From assembly GCA_000934665.2 (NCBI GenBank), contig KZ538335.1, forward strand, positions 124,001-162,881: DNA of 38,881 nt. Direction: 5' to 3'. The first letter of the stretch is position 1. Every line of letters begins with the position of its first letter. The DNA is from Catajapyx aquilonaris (taxonomy: Eukaryota). Shown piece after piece: positions 1 to 11,400 of this stretch. Under the pieces are notes generated by a model. The model was not told the origin of the DNA. It worked only from the letters and a program-made list of their open reading frames with translations, and did not search any database. Both the position numbers and the translations under genes were made by a program.

Positions 1-1023
1 CACCAAAACTACGCCCTTTTATTGATACCCCCCTCCCCCCAACCCACTTTTTTTTATCCGCACCCACCCTACCACCCACTGTAAGAAATCCTTTTTTTTC
101 TGTCATCTTCCTCACCTTATCGTACCCCATGGCTTATTATGCACCCTACCAGAAGAAGCATCCCTGGCTATGATGACGCTTCTAAAAAAAACTGCGGAAA
201 AGACACATTTTTGGCAATGCCCCCCCATCACCAATGTTGGATTCCGCCAAATGGGGTCTGCCAAATCCCTGATGAATATTCAGCGCCGCGTCCCGTAGCC
301 TTCCTAACGAAGTCCGAGCCCGGGCCATAAAAGCAAAATTTACTGATTTTTCTCCCTAAATTCCCCGGGCCTTACCACCTCCGCTTTTCCACCCTCTAGA
401 CACTCCTACCCATCGATGCCATATCTAGAAAATATCCAAAACGCATACTAATATCACCTCTGAAATTCCGATACAACATATGTGGATCAACAGCAAATAT
501 TCCAAATTGCAATATGATTTCCAATATTTTGCGTGATATTCACACGCTTGTTATGCCAAAATTTGGACATCTGGGCGTATGTCCGATCTGGCAACAGTGG
601 AGTGAACCAAGTGGACAAGGAAAGGCCGTTTCCCCGATGAATATAGCCGAAAAGGCATTAAGGAGGACGGCGGCGGGCATTATGCGTCATTGTGAGCATC
701 GCTGGACGCTAGCGGGGGGCTTTATATGGCTCAAGGGGAGGGCAACACATCTCATGCATTTTCTCTCACTCCTAGGCCAGGGTTGGGCTGCTGCAAATCC
801 TTTATGCCGGACTATAATATGCCATTACTCCCAAAAACTCTCCATGTTTCTTATGAAATCCTGATTCCTTATTTTTTTTTCCTTCTGGACCAAACTCCTA
901 TATTCCTATTGCCCAAAGGGTGCTTCAGACAGATATGGGTATGGCCTGTTGTCAAGAATCGCATCTTGGAAAACATTGGATATGTCCGCACCTGGAAATG
1001 GTGCTCAAAATGGTAAAATATAC

Positions 1024-1480
1024 CAGCGACACGGTGGCATAGTGGTTAGCGCCGCAGCCTTCCACCTCTGATGTTCGATACGGATAGAGTTTCGATGGGT
1101 TCTCGCGGTGTTCGCGTGGGTTTTCTGTCGGTGTTCGCGTGAATTTCTCGCGGTGTTCGCGTGGATTTTCTCGGGGTTCGCGTGGATTTCCTCGCGGTGC
1201 TCGCGTGGGTTTTCTGTCGGTGTTCGCGTGAATTTCTCGCGGTGTTCGCATGGATTTCCTCGCGGTGTTCGCGTGGGTTTTCTGTCGGTGTTCGCGTGGG
1301 TTTTCTCGGGGTTCGCGTGGATTTCCTCGCGGTGTTCGCGTGGGTTTTCTGTCGGTGTTCGCGTGGGTTTTCTCGCGGTGTTCGCGTGGATTTTCTCGGG
1401 GTTCGCCACCAGACCAAAATTGAGACTACGTGTCCAATCTCTGCAGCATCCCAGTGACGTCTGATAAAAAAAAGAAGAAA
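1024..1480 (+). mobile_element. tRNA-derived SINE (V-domain-like body) with internal minisatellite and A-rich tail
   Basis: A-box-like GGTGGCATAGTGGTTAGCG (~1032-1051), B-box-like GTTCGATAC (~1072-1081), then GAGTTT..GTTCTC..GTGTTCGCGTGGGTTTTCT, which resembles the V-SINE core. Ends in an A-rich tail at 1465-1480. Confidence 0.65.
1102..1406. repeat. GC-rich minisatellite, ~14 units of 21-23 bp (CTCGCGGTGTTCGCGTGGRTTTT and variants)
   Basis: Direct parsing gives three unit types (CTCGCGGT-, CTGTCGGT-, CTCGGG-) in head-to-tail array. Confidence 0.95.
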
Positions 1481-4400
1481 TGCGATTTTCTCCCCATTTC
1501 CAAAACTCTCAGGAATGGTTGAGAAAAGTGAGGCAGCTTGTCACGAGTGGGTGGCAAGAGGGGGGGGGGGGGGNTCTCGTCCTACCCTCCCTCAAATCTA
1601 CTTTACTTGTCTCACAACCTGATGAATTTTAATATGGAAGAAGGGGAGGGGGGGAATTCGCACCCTAACCAATCACGATCAACGAAATTTGCATACAGCT
1701 ATTTACATAATAGGACCCGGCACTATACCGTCCCCCCAAAAAATTGGGCTGAAAATTTCATTTTTGTGGTCAGATCCTCCAGGGATGATTTTTCTTATGA
1801 CGCATACATTACTTATTCACATGTTCTCCCTCGTCATTCATGTCTCCATGGACCCATTTTCCAAACGGACATCAATCCATATTACAACACACTCCGGGAT
1901 ATCATACGTTGAATAGAATTCATCCCTATTTTTTTTCTTCAAAACAACAACAAAGCTGGACTAGGGATTAGCATACACTGGAGGGTAGCCAATCGGCAGA
2001 CGAGGCTTCTAAATCCCGTGTTGCCTTATACATGAGTCTTCTAGGGTGGGGATTGGGAGGAAAGAAGAGGGTGGGTCAAATCTCCTTGTGGTCCAGAGGC
2101 GCATCTAGGCAGGGCCTGCCTTTTTCTCTTATCTGGTGGCGCTTGGGAGCGCCGCCCGTTGATCCTTTCTATCTCCTCCGACAATTTCTGCACCTCAATC
2201 CCTCATGACATCAGCCATGTTGCCAATCTCCTCTCTACTCATGCCAACAAAAATTGCCAAAAATTCATGTCCAAAAATCTCTCTCTCAAATGCAAGTTGG
2301 AACAGATTTCCTGTATCAGCTTTGGTGTCTGTTTTCTCTTGGGTTTGGGCAATGGGGAGATGCTGGATGTTTCAGGGAGGGTGAATTTGATGGCTGGTTG
2401 ACTCACTGGCCAAAGTTTCCACCACGCAAACTCAATCTTGGCTTTGCCTTGCATGGCCCCCCCCTTGTCAATTCACTTTCCATCCAAATTGAGTGGACCT
2501 GAACGTTTGAAACACACAAATTTTGTGGCTGAACCGGCCATTTTGTATCCATTTGGATAGCCCCATGTTGCGTCACATATTGTTCGATCCGATTACAAAA
2601 TGATGAGATATATATAAAAATGGGGTCAGGGATTCGGGAATGCTCAACTATATAGAGGATTCCCCAATCCGCCCCTCTGTTATCCGTGGAAGAAGAGAAA
2701 AAAAAGGGTCTGAAAATTCAAGTGGGGGGTGCTCTTCTCCATTCTACATGTGGCCTTATTGCCCTGGGGGGCTTACCCAGTCTCAATTTTGGATTCACCC
2801 CGCAGCCAAGCCAGGGGAAACTTTTGTCCCTGCCACCAATCAAATTTCCTCCCACCTTCACACTTTTTCTCTATTTGGATTCCACGATACTTCGTCCCAA
2901 TTTTTTTTTCCCCCTTTTCGTTTCAACCATTTTCTCTCGCTCTCTCTTTGCTGCTTTTATACCAAAAAATGCTACTAGAATTCTCTTACAGAAATGTCGA
3001 GGGGTGAAACTAATTCTGGCTGAATACCATGGGCGCTACGGGCAAATATCACATTTTTCACGCTTTTCACAATGTTCACTTAATTTGCGATATTACAACT
3101 GTATCCAGAAAATAAATTACTCTTCGTCAGCTTGCTCTACATATTGTAATAACCGCATTAAAAAAAACTCTACCAACATAATAATTCGACATTGACATTA
3201 GATGATTTTGTATCTAGCAACCTCTGGACTGTTTCTTCGTTTCGGTGTAAATGGCGATGCGTAAAACTGGTTCGAAATTTTCCAAATGTACCAATTAACT
3301 GGTCCGGAATAGTGAAGGCGTCTCAGGTCCATCGGGTGTGGCGTATCGAAGAGGTTTCTCAGGTCAACAGATACTGAGGCTTTCATGGACGACCAAAAGT
3401 GCCAAGCCCAGTATCGAAGCTCATGATTTCCCAAGGACCAGGTCGGTCCGATAAAATGAAATAAAAGGAGAAAAAAAAAAGTCGAGCTCATCTAGAGTAC
3501 ACCCCCCTATATATTTCAAATGGAGAGAGGCAAGGACAGGGAGCCCACACTTGGTCCACAGCCTAAAAGCCTCTTCCGTCATCGCCAAGCAAAACTCCGC
3601 GTATCCCTAAAAGCCAGCATCATTTTTCCCACTTGGCTTCCTCCCTATCTCCATCCTCTCTCATTTTTCACTCTCCACCTCCCCCCCCCCTCTATACCCT
3701 CCAGCACCTTCTATCCTGGCTCTTCCCTAACTTCCTTCCATGTTGCCCCTTCAGGGAGGAAAAAAATTACTTTGGCCACTTACAGTATTCACGAGGATCC
3801 TATTACGGTTGAAAGACACAAGATGGACGCACTTTGTTCAGCAGGTTTTCCAATATCGAATGAAAGCTTCACCTATTTTTATAATGGAAAAGAAAGTGCG
3901 GAAAATTGACCCCTCCTATACTCTATCAGAAATATTATAACGCCAATGGTATCCTGACACGATGCAACCAACAGCACTCTAAATATTTTTTTCTCCAAAT
4001 ATTTCCATCTAATACATATTTCAAGCCCTATATCTGTCTGTCTGTCCTTTGTCCGCTATGCAAATCCGTACGGAGGCCTCGACATAATCCCCAGGGGAAT
4101 GATTAGGGGTAGTTTTTTACTGGGAATGTCATAAGCACATTGGAATTGACCTCCGAGGTCATCCTTGGCCACAGGAGGCGGAAAGGACTTTGGGAAGTTG
4201 GCCCCCTGTTCTAATAATGCGCATTGCAGCAGCAGTCCAAGAGGCTCTCTATACCAAAAACCATACGAGGACTATATTAAACAAACTCAAATTCGATCAG
4301 AATGTGACAGATTGTTCTGTATCTTTTTACATCTTATTCGCATTTATGTCTTTCCGGTACTGCACTTTGGTCAAGGTGAAAACAGCCATAAATCTCCAAG

Positions 4401-4934
4401 TGTAGGTCCCAATCTCTTCCAATCGCAAAAACCAAAGCTGGACCAGGCAGCAGAGACGTATCCCATGGTTCCCCCCCCCCCCAGAAAATGTGACAGCCTA
4501 ATGTGGTCGCAATGAAAATCCCACCCGTGATGAAAGAAGGATCCTCTGGAAAATCGCCTTCATTGTGAGGAAAAGGCGTTTCCCCAACCCGAAGTAAACA
4601 AGAGAATCCTTCTTTCACTACTATTGCTCGCTCTATTCCGGACTAAAATCCTTCCCCCGGTGGAAATATATACCAAGATAAGCCCCTGGGGTATCAGGGA
4701 AAGAAAAGGAACCGCCTCTTCTTTGTTTTTGAAATTGTAGAAATCGTGGATGCAGCATTGTATCGAATTCGGGCTTTACCTTTTTTTTTACTCATGGCTA
4801 TACGACCATGAAATGAGAACTAGAGCTAGAAAAAAAGCTATAGGCTACAGGGTGGTACAAGCCACCAGTTTGTGACGAAAGTACGCTGAAAAAATACGCT
4901 TTAGTGATGGGCATGGCTCAACACCGACGCGACG

Positions 4935-5056
4935 CCAGGGGGTGGTCTTCCTCCTAGAAATTTAGCCACTCTGGGTATCTTTAACGTGCACTCGCGCAAT
5001 GTCACAAGCACATGGGACCGACGGCTTTACTTCCCCTCAGAAGGAAGCGAACTCTC
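4935..5056 (-). mobile_element. Deu/Nin-domain-like SINE fragment
   Basis: The reverse complement reads CTTCCTTCTGAGGGGAAGTAAAGCCGTCGGTCCCATG...GTGCACGTTAAAGATACCC, matching the central domain I recall from invertebrate Deu/Nin SINEs. The tRNA head is not visible. Confidence 0.55.
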
Positions 5057-7310
5057 ACTTTTCCACCACCCGGAGAAATATTTTCCCAATGTTTTAGCAC
5101 TAGTTTTGAGGGAAAAACATTCGATCACTTGAGTGGAAAATGAATTTGCTCACATCTTCATTTCGCTCTAATATTGAGTGAAAACTCAAACTTGCAAGGT
5201 TCAAGATGAGGTGATTCAGTGTAAAATAACTCGAAAATTAGGTCGAAAATTTCGTTTTACAGTGTTGTAGGGATGGAAAAGAAAAACAAATCTGACAAAT
5301 ATCCATAGTGGTTATTCCAATAATCGCAAGAAAGTTAGTTGGAATTATTAGGTTATTCCAAATATTATTTTTCGCCCAACTGGGGCCAGTTCCCTACACT
5401 CTACAAAATTTCAAGTGTTTTCTGTTCATTTTCAGTAATTTTTGTTAAATTCAATAGCGTTTTGATAGATTTTCTCTCCATTTTTTGGGGGGTCAGACAT
5501 TTCCATTCTCTTGCCCCCAGAAAATCGCCTAAATCTGACTTTTTAAAAACGTGGATCACTCTTCGTGTCGAATTTTTCGGTGTGATTTCCACGGTGTGTT
5601 ATTTCCGGCCGTGTTATATGCCTTCCTCCTGCTGTATATAGTTAGTGTCCTGATGGAATGAAAGCGAGATTCCTTACCTCGGAATCAATTTCCTTCTTTG
5701 GTGGGCAATTTTCCCCACTTAGCCTGTCACTGGATCCAAGGCATAGAAATCGACACCAGGCATCACTCCATTCTTTTTATTATTATTTTCCTCCTTCACT
5801 TTCCGTGCGTCCCATTTGTCAATCTCAAACGTGATTAGTTCTAGTTGGTGAACAAAGAAATTGGCATAGTTTGGTCTCCGTTCACAAACTAACACTTTTC
5901 AATATGAAAGCCCATGGTCGAAGGAAGGGGGAGGGCCACAGCTTTTGAAGGGAAAATTGCATTAGGTGCCTTTCAGAGAAGACAAATGAACAAAGGATAT
6001 TGCTCTTCTTTCCAAACCGATCCCGCAGTGATGGACTGGGATCTTTGCCCACTCCAACTGAGTTAGGACTAGACATCCGGATCCCTTCCCTGCGACCAAT
6101 CTCCTGCTCTTAAACATTGCTCCTTGGCTATTATCATGCGCAGCCTTCTAGCAGTTCTGATTCGCTCCAAAGGATTTTTGGAGGAAAACTAGGTCCATTT
6201 CCATCTCGTGTTAGCGGAATTGTAGGCTACGACTTCAACCAAACTCTTCCCGATGACGACAGTGGTATGGAGCATCTCAGCAAAAAAATTGGAGCAATAA
6301 ATGTAATAAATGCATATTTTGTCAATGTAAGGAAAGCCCAATTTTGCATATTGAATTGATCACTGTTGGCTCAGGTATGTGCTTGAAGAACCTGCTTAAA
6401 AATAATTGGCGGTATTGTTAATTTTGAAAATTAGTTCAGCTCAAATTGACTTCTTTACATGTCATTTCCCTCAAATAGGCATGCTCTCCAATCATGTGAT
6501 TCAACATGAGAAGCTTTTTTTCAGTTCTGCAATGAATATCTTAGTAGGACTGACCCACTGGAACAATTGGCATTAAATTTCAATTATATATCGTGGAAAC
6601 CAAATTTTTCTGGGCAGACACCCCTCACCAGCAGCTAATTATATTGATAACAATATAACTAGTAACTCAGCAAAAGTACCTCAGAAAGAGTCTTATTTGT
6701 CCCTGTGTGCCGGAGGAGAAAATTACATGCCCTGGATTATGTCACAGGTAAGAACAGTAGGTGATATATGTATGTCATGGAAAAATGATTCATTAACTCA
6801 TTATTAGAACATGTACTGTATAACAAAGCAATACTTTTTCAGCAATGAAAATCAACCAACTATCAAATGAAAAAGAGCATGAACTTGCCTCACTTTCCCT
6901 TAGCTATTTTCAAACAGGGAAAATGTACAAAACAAGTCAACAGAATTATTTAACTCAAGTCATTGAGCTATTCAAGAAGCTCAGCACATGCTAAATGCTT
7001 TCGTTGTCTGCCTGTAACCAAAATGATTTACTCTCAGACTCTCAGTATTTTAAAGTTCAGTGCATCTATCTTCACTCTCCATACACTCATAATTATGCAT
7101 TTGTTACTCATAGTTATATTACACTACCACCAGATATTTATTGCTCATTGAATACCATCTTTTGCAGTTAATGGGAGGTTTTTCCATACTCCTTCTAATT
7201 TGTTAGTAGCTACAAGAAAGTTCAAAACTTATGTTTACCATGGTGGCAACCAATAACTATTGTCTTGTGGGAAAATATAGTTGTAGACACACTACTAGAA
7301 GAGTAACTGA

Positions 7311-7330
7311 CTACTACTACTACTACTACT
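7311..7330. repeat. (CTA)n microsatellite
   Basis: ctactactactactactact. Confidence 0.9.
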
Positions 7331-8366
7331 CCGGTGTTTTTATTCTCGCTTTTTGTTCAAGAGAGGTGGAATGTTCAGCTTAGAATAGAGGCTCCGAGTC
7401 AAAAAAAGGAGGTCTACCTTCTCATCTTCATTTGTAATGTATTACTTATGGAATAAGTTGTAAATTTCTGGGTAAAGCAGTATAAACAGAAACAAGTTAT
7501 TTCAATTTAATTGTCACCTCCACAGTGTATTAGAGTGCACCCTAATATATTGTGAGAGCAAAATCTCATTTGTCATGTTGCAAAAAAAAAAACACACCTG
7601 GCTGCAGTTCATTGGTTAAATGTGCCCACATGATAGTAAAAAAAGAACTAGCAATGCGCATTGAATATTTTCTGTGATTTAAGGCAATACACGGCACTTC
7701 TCATGCTTATAATATGAGAGAATTTACCCACAGACCTCCCCCCATTGCCATACGCCACAAATAGACACACATTACTAGTTACACATGTAAAATATTTGGT
7801 TGTATCATGTGACAGGAACCACACCGAGATCAGGTACCAATGATGAGTTTCTGAAGATGGCCCAGAAGATCGGTCTGGCACTGTAAGATATTCTTAAGTA
7901 GAAGCCTATTATTAAGTGATAACAAAAGTTACGGCACAAAGTGACTGAGCCATGTTGTGCTACAACAGAGTGAAGCATGGCACTTGACAATGCACCACTG
8001 GTGACCTGGGACTATGTGTGTAGGAGAGCTGAAAGGGGAGGAGTGGAAGAGGACAAGGAGGATAGAAGTTGATCTTTTGTTATAACTGCTGTTTTTGAAT
8101 TGTTGGAAATAAATGCAGGTACACTACCGGTAATGATAAAAATAGCCTTGTACCCCTGCAAGCAGCACACATGCAGGCGTGTGGTAGCATGTGAAAGAGG
8201 CAAACTGATTCCATGCACATTTCCACCCGAGGAGTAGGCTACAGTAAAAGGCTCTCTTTTCCAGTAGTGCACTTGCTGGAAATGGGTATCGGCATATCGG
8301 TATCTACTTCTTTGGCCTAACTCTCACTTGGATAGTGGGAGTTTCACAGTTAGGAAATAACTGCAG

Positions 8367-8450
8367 AATTGAATCGGTGATTTTGCAAAGGGCAAGATTC
8401 AATGCCCTTTTCAAGTGAATATTGCCCTTTTCAAAATGACCGATTCAATT
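8367..8450. repeat. Inverted repeat / probable MITE remnant
   Basis: AATTGAATCGGTGATTTTGCAAAGGGCAAGATTCA pairs with TGAATATTGCCCTTTTCAAAATGACCGATTCAATT with few mismatches. Confidence 0.7.
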
Positions 8451-11400
8451 GTCTCATTCAGATGAACTGCAGGTTATGCGAGCTAAAACCCATTGCAGAT
8501 TGTCAGGTCCTCTAGTGTCATATACGATAACAAAACCTTGCCATTCGTTAACATCATGTAGCATGAGGTTACACCCCAAACTTGTTTTGTTTGATGGGCA
8601 CTCAGCTTTCCTCGCATGACTCTGCCCATATAACGTTGGTAATCTCCAGTAAGGCTGCTACGATACATCCATGGTAAACCATACCATGTTGTTACTAATG
8701 TGCAAGGCTGTGAAAATGCAATGTTACCGCCTCATTTAAACATCAATTCAAACAGCTACATAACAAAGTCAAAATAAAAGGAATCCAAAATGTACAATAT
8801 GCAGCAATACAATAAAAGAATTCAGTTTCAGGCATGTCACGACCCAAAAAATGTCAATAACAAGGCATAATCAACCTTAATGGAAAAAAATAGTAATAAT
8901 GATGACGACGACGACGACCAGGCTTAGAGTTCAGTTATTATTTGCAATAGTGCATGCTATTTCATAATAGAACTTTACATGTAGGGTTATTCCAAGCAAC
9001 CATTGAACAAATCATTTAATTTTAAAATTACCAGTCTCTTTTACCAGTACCACGGTATAAAGTAACGTGAAAGCAATATAATACAAAAATGTTTCCAAGC
9101 CTTCTTCAATATATTGAATGGGCAACAACACCAGGCACATCCCAGTGCAACATTACAAGAAACCATGTGCCTTGCACATGTTCATGAAATGCATCATGTG
9201 ATCCATTACCGACACCTTACAACAGCATAATTATTTTTAAAGCACCCACCTTCCATCGTCCAAAATCCCAGTCATTTTCTTTAAATTACCACAAGGCACT
9301 ATCTTTACTCTTCTTGAGTTGTCAAACAAAATAAATCAGCAAATCAACATATTTTGTGGTATAAGGGGAACTAAAACAACAGACTGTATATTAGGAAATT
9401 ATTATTATTATTATTGCTGCATCAACACAACTTATAAAATTAAATTCCAAAAAAATTTCAACTACAGGAAATGCACATGCTACCATTTTTTAAAAACTGG
9501 ATAGGAAAGGGGAAAACAAAGGGTGGTTTACTGTCATTCAAATCAACAACATTTCAAAAATCATCTGCCAGAAATTTCCAGTGGTCTCGATCAACAACAG
9601 CAAATTGTAAGGAAGCTCAAATGTGACACAACAAAGTGCACAAGTGCTTCCAATACATAAATACTGTTGTCATTCAAAATTGGGTAAAAATTGGTTAATT
9701 CGGTTATGTACAAAACACATGCAAAATGCAAAATCATCAAAACCTCAACACAAAAGCACAAATAATTGTTCTCATGTCCTCGCTAATCAGCTGAAACTTC
9801 CATGACAAAGGCCACAATCACCTCCTGATAATGTTTCTAATTGGTGTAAAATGTAAAGCATCCACACAAGTCCACTGGGCATGACACCCACACCACACGC
9901 TATCCATATCGGCACTGGCAGGTGCATTGCGACTGCACCGAAGGCAAGGGACCAACTGAAGAGGGGTGGGTATAGGGTGAGGTCTGTCGTGTGCCCGAGC
10001 AGCATCCCAGTTTAGCGCACCCGACACAAGAGCCAGAGCAGGACTGGCACACTGCCGCTCCGATCCCTAAAAAAAGGGGTGGGTTCTCGGCGGCTGGCCA
10101 CGTGGTCTGCCCCATTGGCTGCTGCGCATCCGCTGGTCGCCCTCCACTCTCGCTCGCTATAGTAACTCACCCTCTTCTCTTTTTATATTTAAAAAAAAGG
10201 TTGCCCCCACGTGCACAACCTGTTATCAACCATTTACTAAATTCAAAGATTTTGCCATAAGCTCCTTACAGGAAGGGGTGGCTCAAAAAACTGGGTGCAG
10301 GATGGTGATAAAAAAGAGAAGGGTTGGGGGTTTGGTATTGTGTCAACCCTATCCCATTTGTAGCCCTGTCCATTGATAGCTGAAAGGGTTTTTAGATAGG
10401 GAGGGGGGGTTGGGGCACCCAATGCCCCAAAAATGAACCTTTGGCCCCAGCCAACTGCTGCCTTCAAGGCAAGAAAAGCAGCCTCTTGCCAAAAAAGTGT
10501 GGCCTCCTCAACTTCAACAATGTTACTCTAGCCCAGGGCAAATGGGCAGGCTCCCCTCGACACACAAAATGGCCCCGTCCCTACTCTACCATAAGGAAAT
10601 ACATGTCGACAGGTACCATTTGCAGCGAAAAATATATATAACTCTAAAATACGCAACAAACTCAATTCGCCATGGCATAAACTGATTTTGGCCAATACTG
10701 TACTTCAGTTCACAAATCATAGGGCCAATAAGGAGTTGCCCCCCTTCCCCTCCTTTAAGCCTGCTTTGTTGCAAAATACATGAACTTTTTTTTTCATCCC
10801 ACACACACCTTCCCATTCAAAGTCACTGACCTGGCAAAAGGTTTGGGGTTAGGGTGAAAGGGGTGAGGGCAGGAGGATGAAAAAAAAAAAAAAAGAGAAA
10901 AAGGGTATCAAAAGCTGGCTTATAAAAAATGTCCCCCCCCCCCCTCCCCCTTTTTTTTAAAAAAAGGGAGGAGAACCCCTTTCATGTGGCACATGCCTGG
11001 GGCAAGCAGAGGCGGTCCATCTTCAAAACCTGTTTCTTTGCAGGTACCCTGCATGACACCACCACCTATGCAATCAGTATCATGGTATTTTAGTGGGTGC
11101 TAATGACTTTCACAGCTCATTTTCACATGCATTCAATGCTCAGTAATACGTGACCCCTTCAGAAAGGTTTGTCCCAATATTAACACTTTCACAGGAGGAG
11201 GAATTGCTTTGTCAAGAGCCTTGCTCAATTTGTAATTTATAGCTGAAAATAAAGGCTTAATAATCTGGTGCTCTGCAAGTGGGTGTGGCGACGAGATGCA
11301 TCCAACACCAACCACCAGGCAGCAAGTCCTCCTCCTCTGAAAAGCTTCAGCATAAGGATGCATTAGCATGAGATGCAGAGTATTAAAAATAAATAAATAA

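Larger units (their letters stand above)
148..6280 (-). pseudogene. Fragmentary, frameshifted cadherin-repeat gene (arthropod Cad87A/Cad88C/Bt-R1-like); either a true pseudogene or an intact gene in error-rich sequence
   Basis: Minus-strand pieces read as cadherin EC motifs: ELITFEIDKWD...PGVDFYALDPVTG, then (after a frameshift) KKEIDSE|gtaag (~5678-5845); VQYRKDINANK (4333-4365, DxNDN-like); LGNHELRYW (~3408-3435); FIRNMESFWE*WHIIVR (~808-857); VIIARDASSG (148-177). Minus-strand donors (5677, ~3780) and an acceptor (~982) flank some pieces. Many stops and frameshifts; boundaries approximate. Confidence 0.5.

Noticed and set aside
1024..1095. tRNA gene
   Set aside because: A/B boxes are present but no convincing acceptor or T stems, and it continues into a SINE-like body.
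1102..1406. CRISPR-like array
   Set aside because: Units are contiguous with no unique spacers, there are no cas genes, and the context is eukaryotic.
952..1464. Five overlapping 98-134 aa ORFs on both strands
   Set aside because: By-products of a stop-poor minisatellite; the peptides are repetitive with no family signal.
2600..4300. Decayed L1/Tx1 LINE ORF2 on + strand (RGVK, CPLC strings)
   Set aside because: Core RT motifs (KAFD, QG, YADD) are not recoverable. Minus-strand cadherin motifs with splice sites explain the region better.
10180..10620. UHM/RRM or CCCH zinc-finger readings on minus strand
   Set aside because: They require several arbitrary frameshifts and cannot be supported without alignment.
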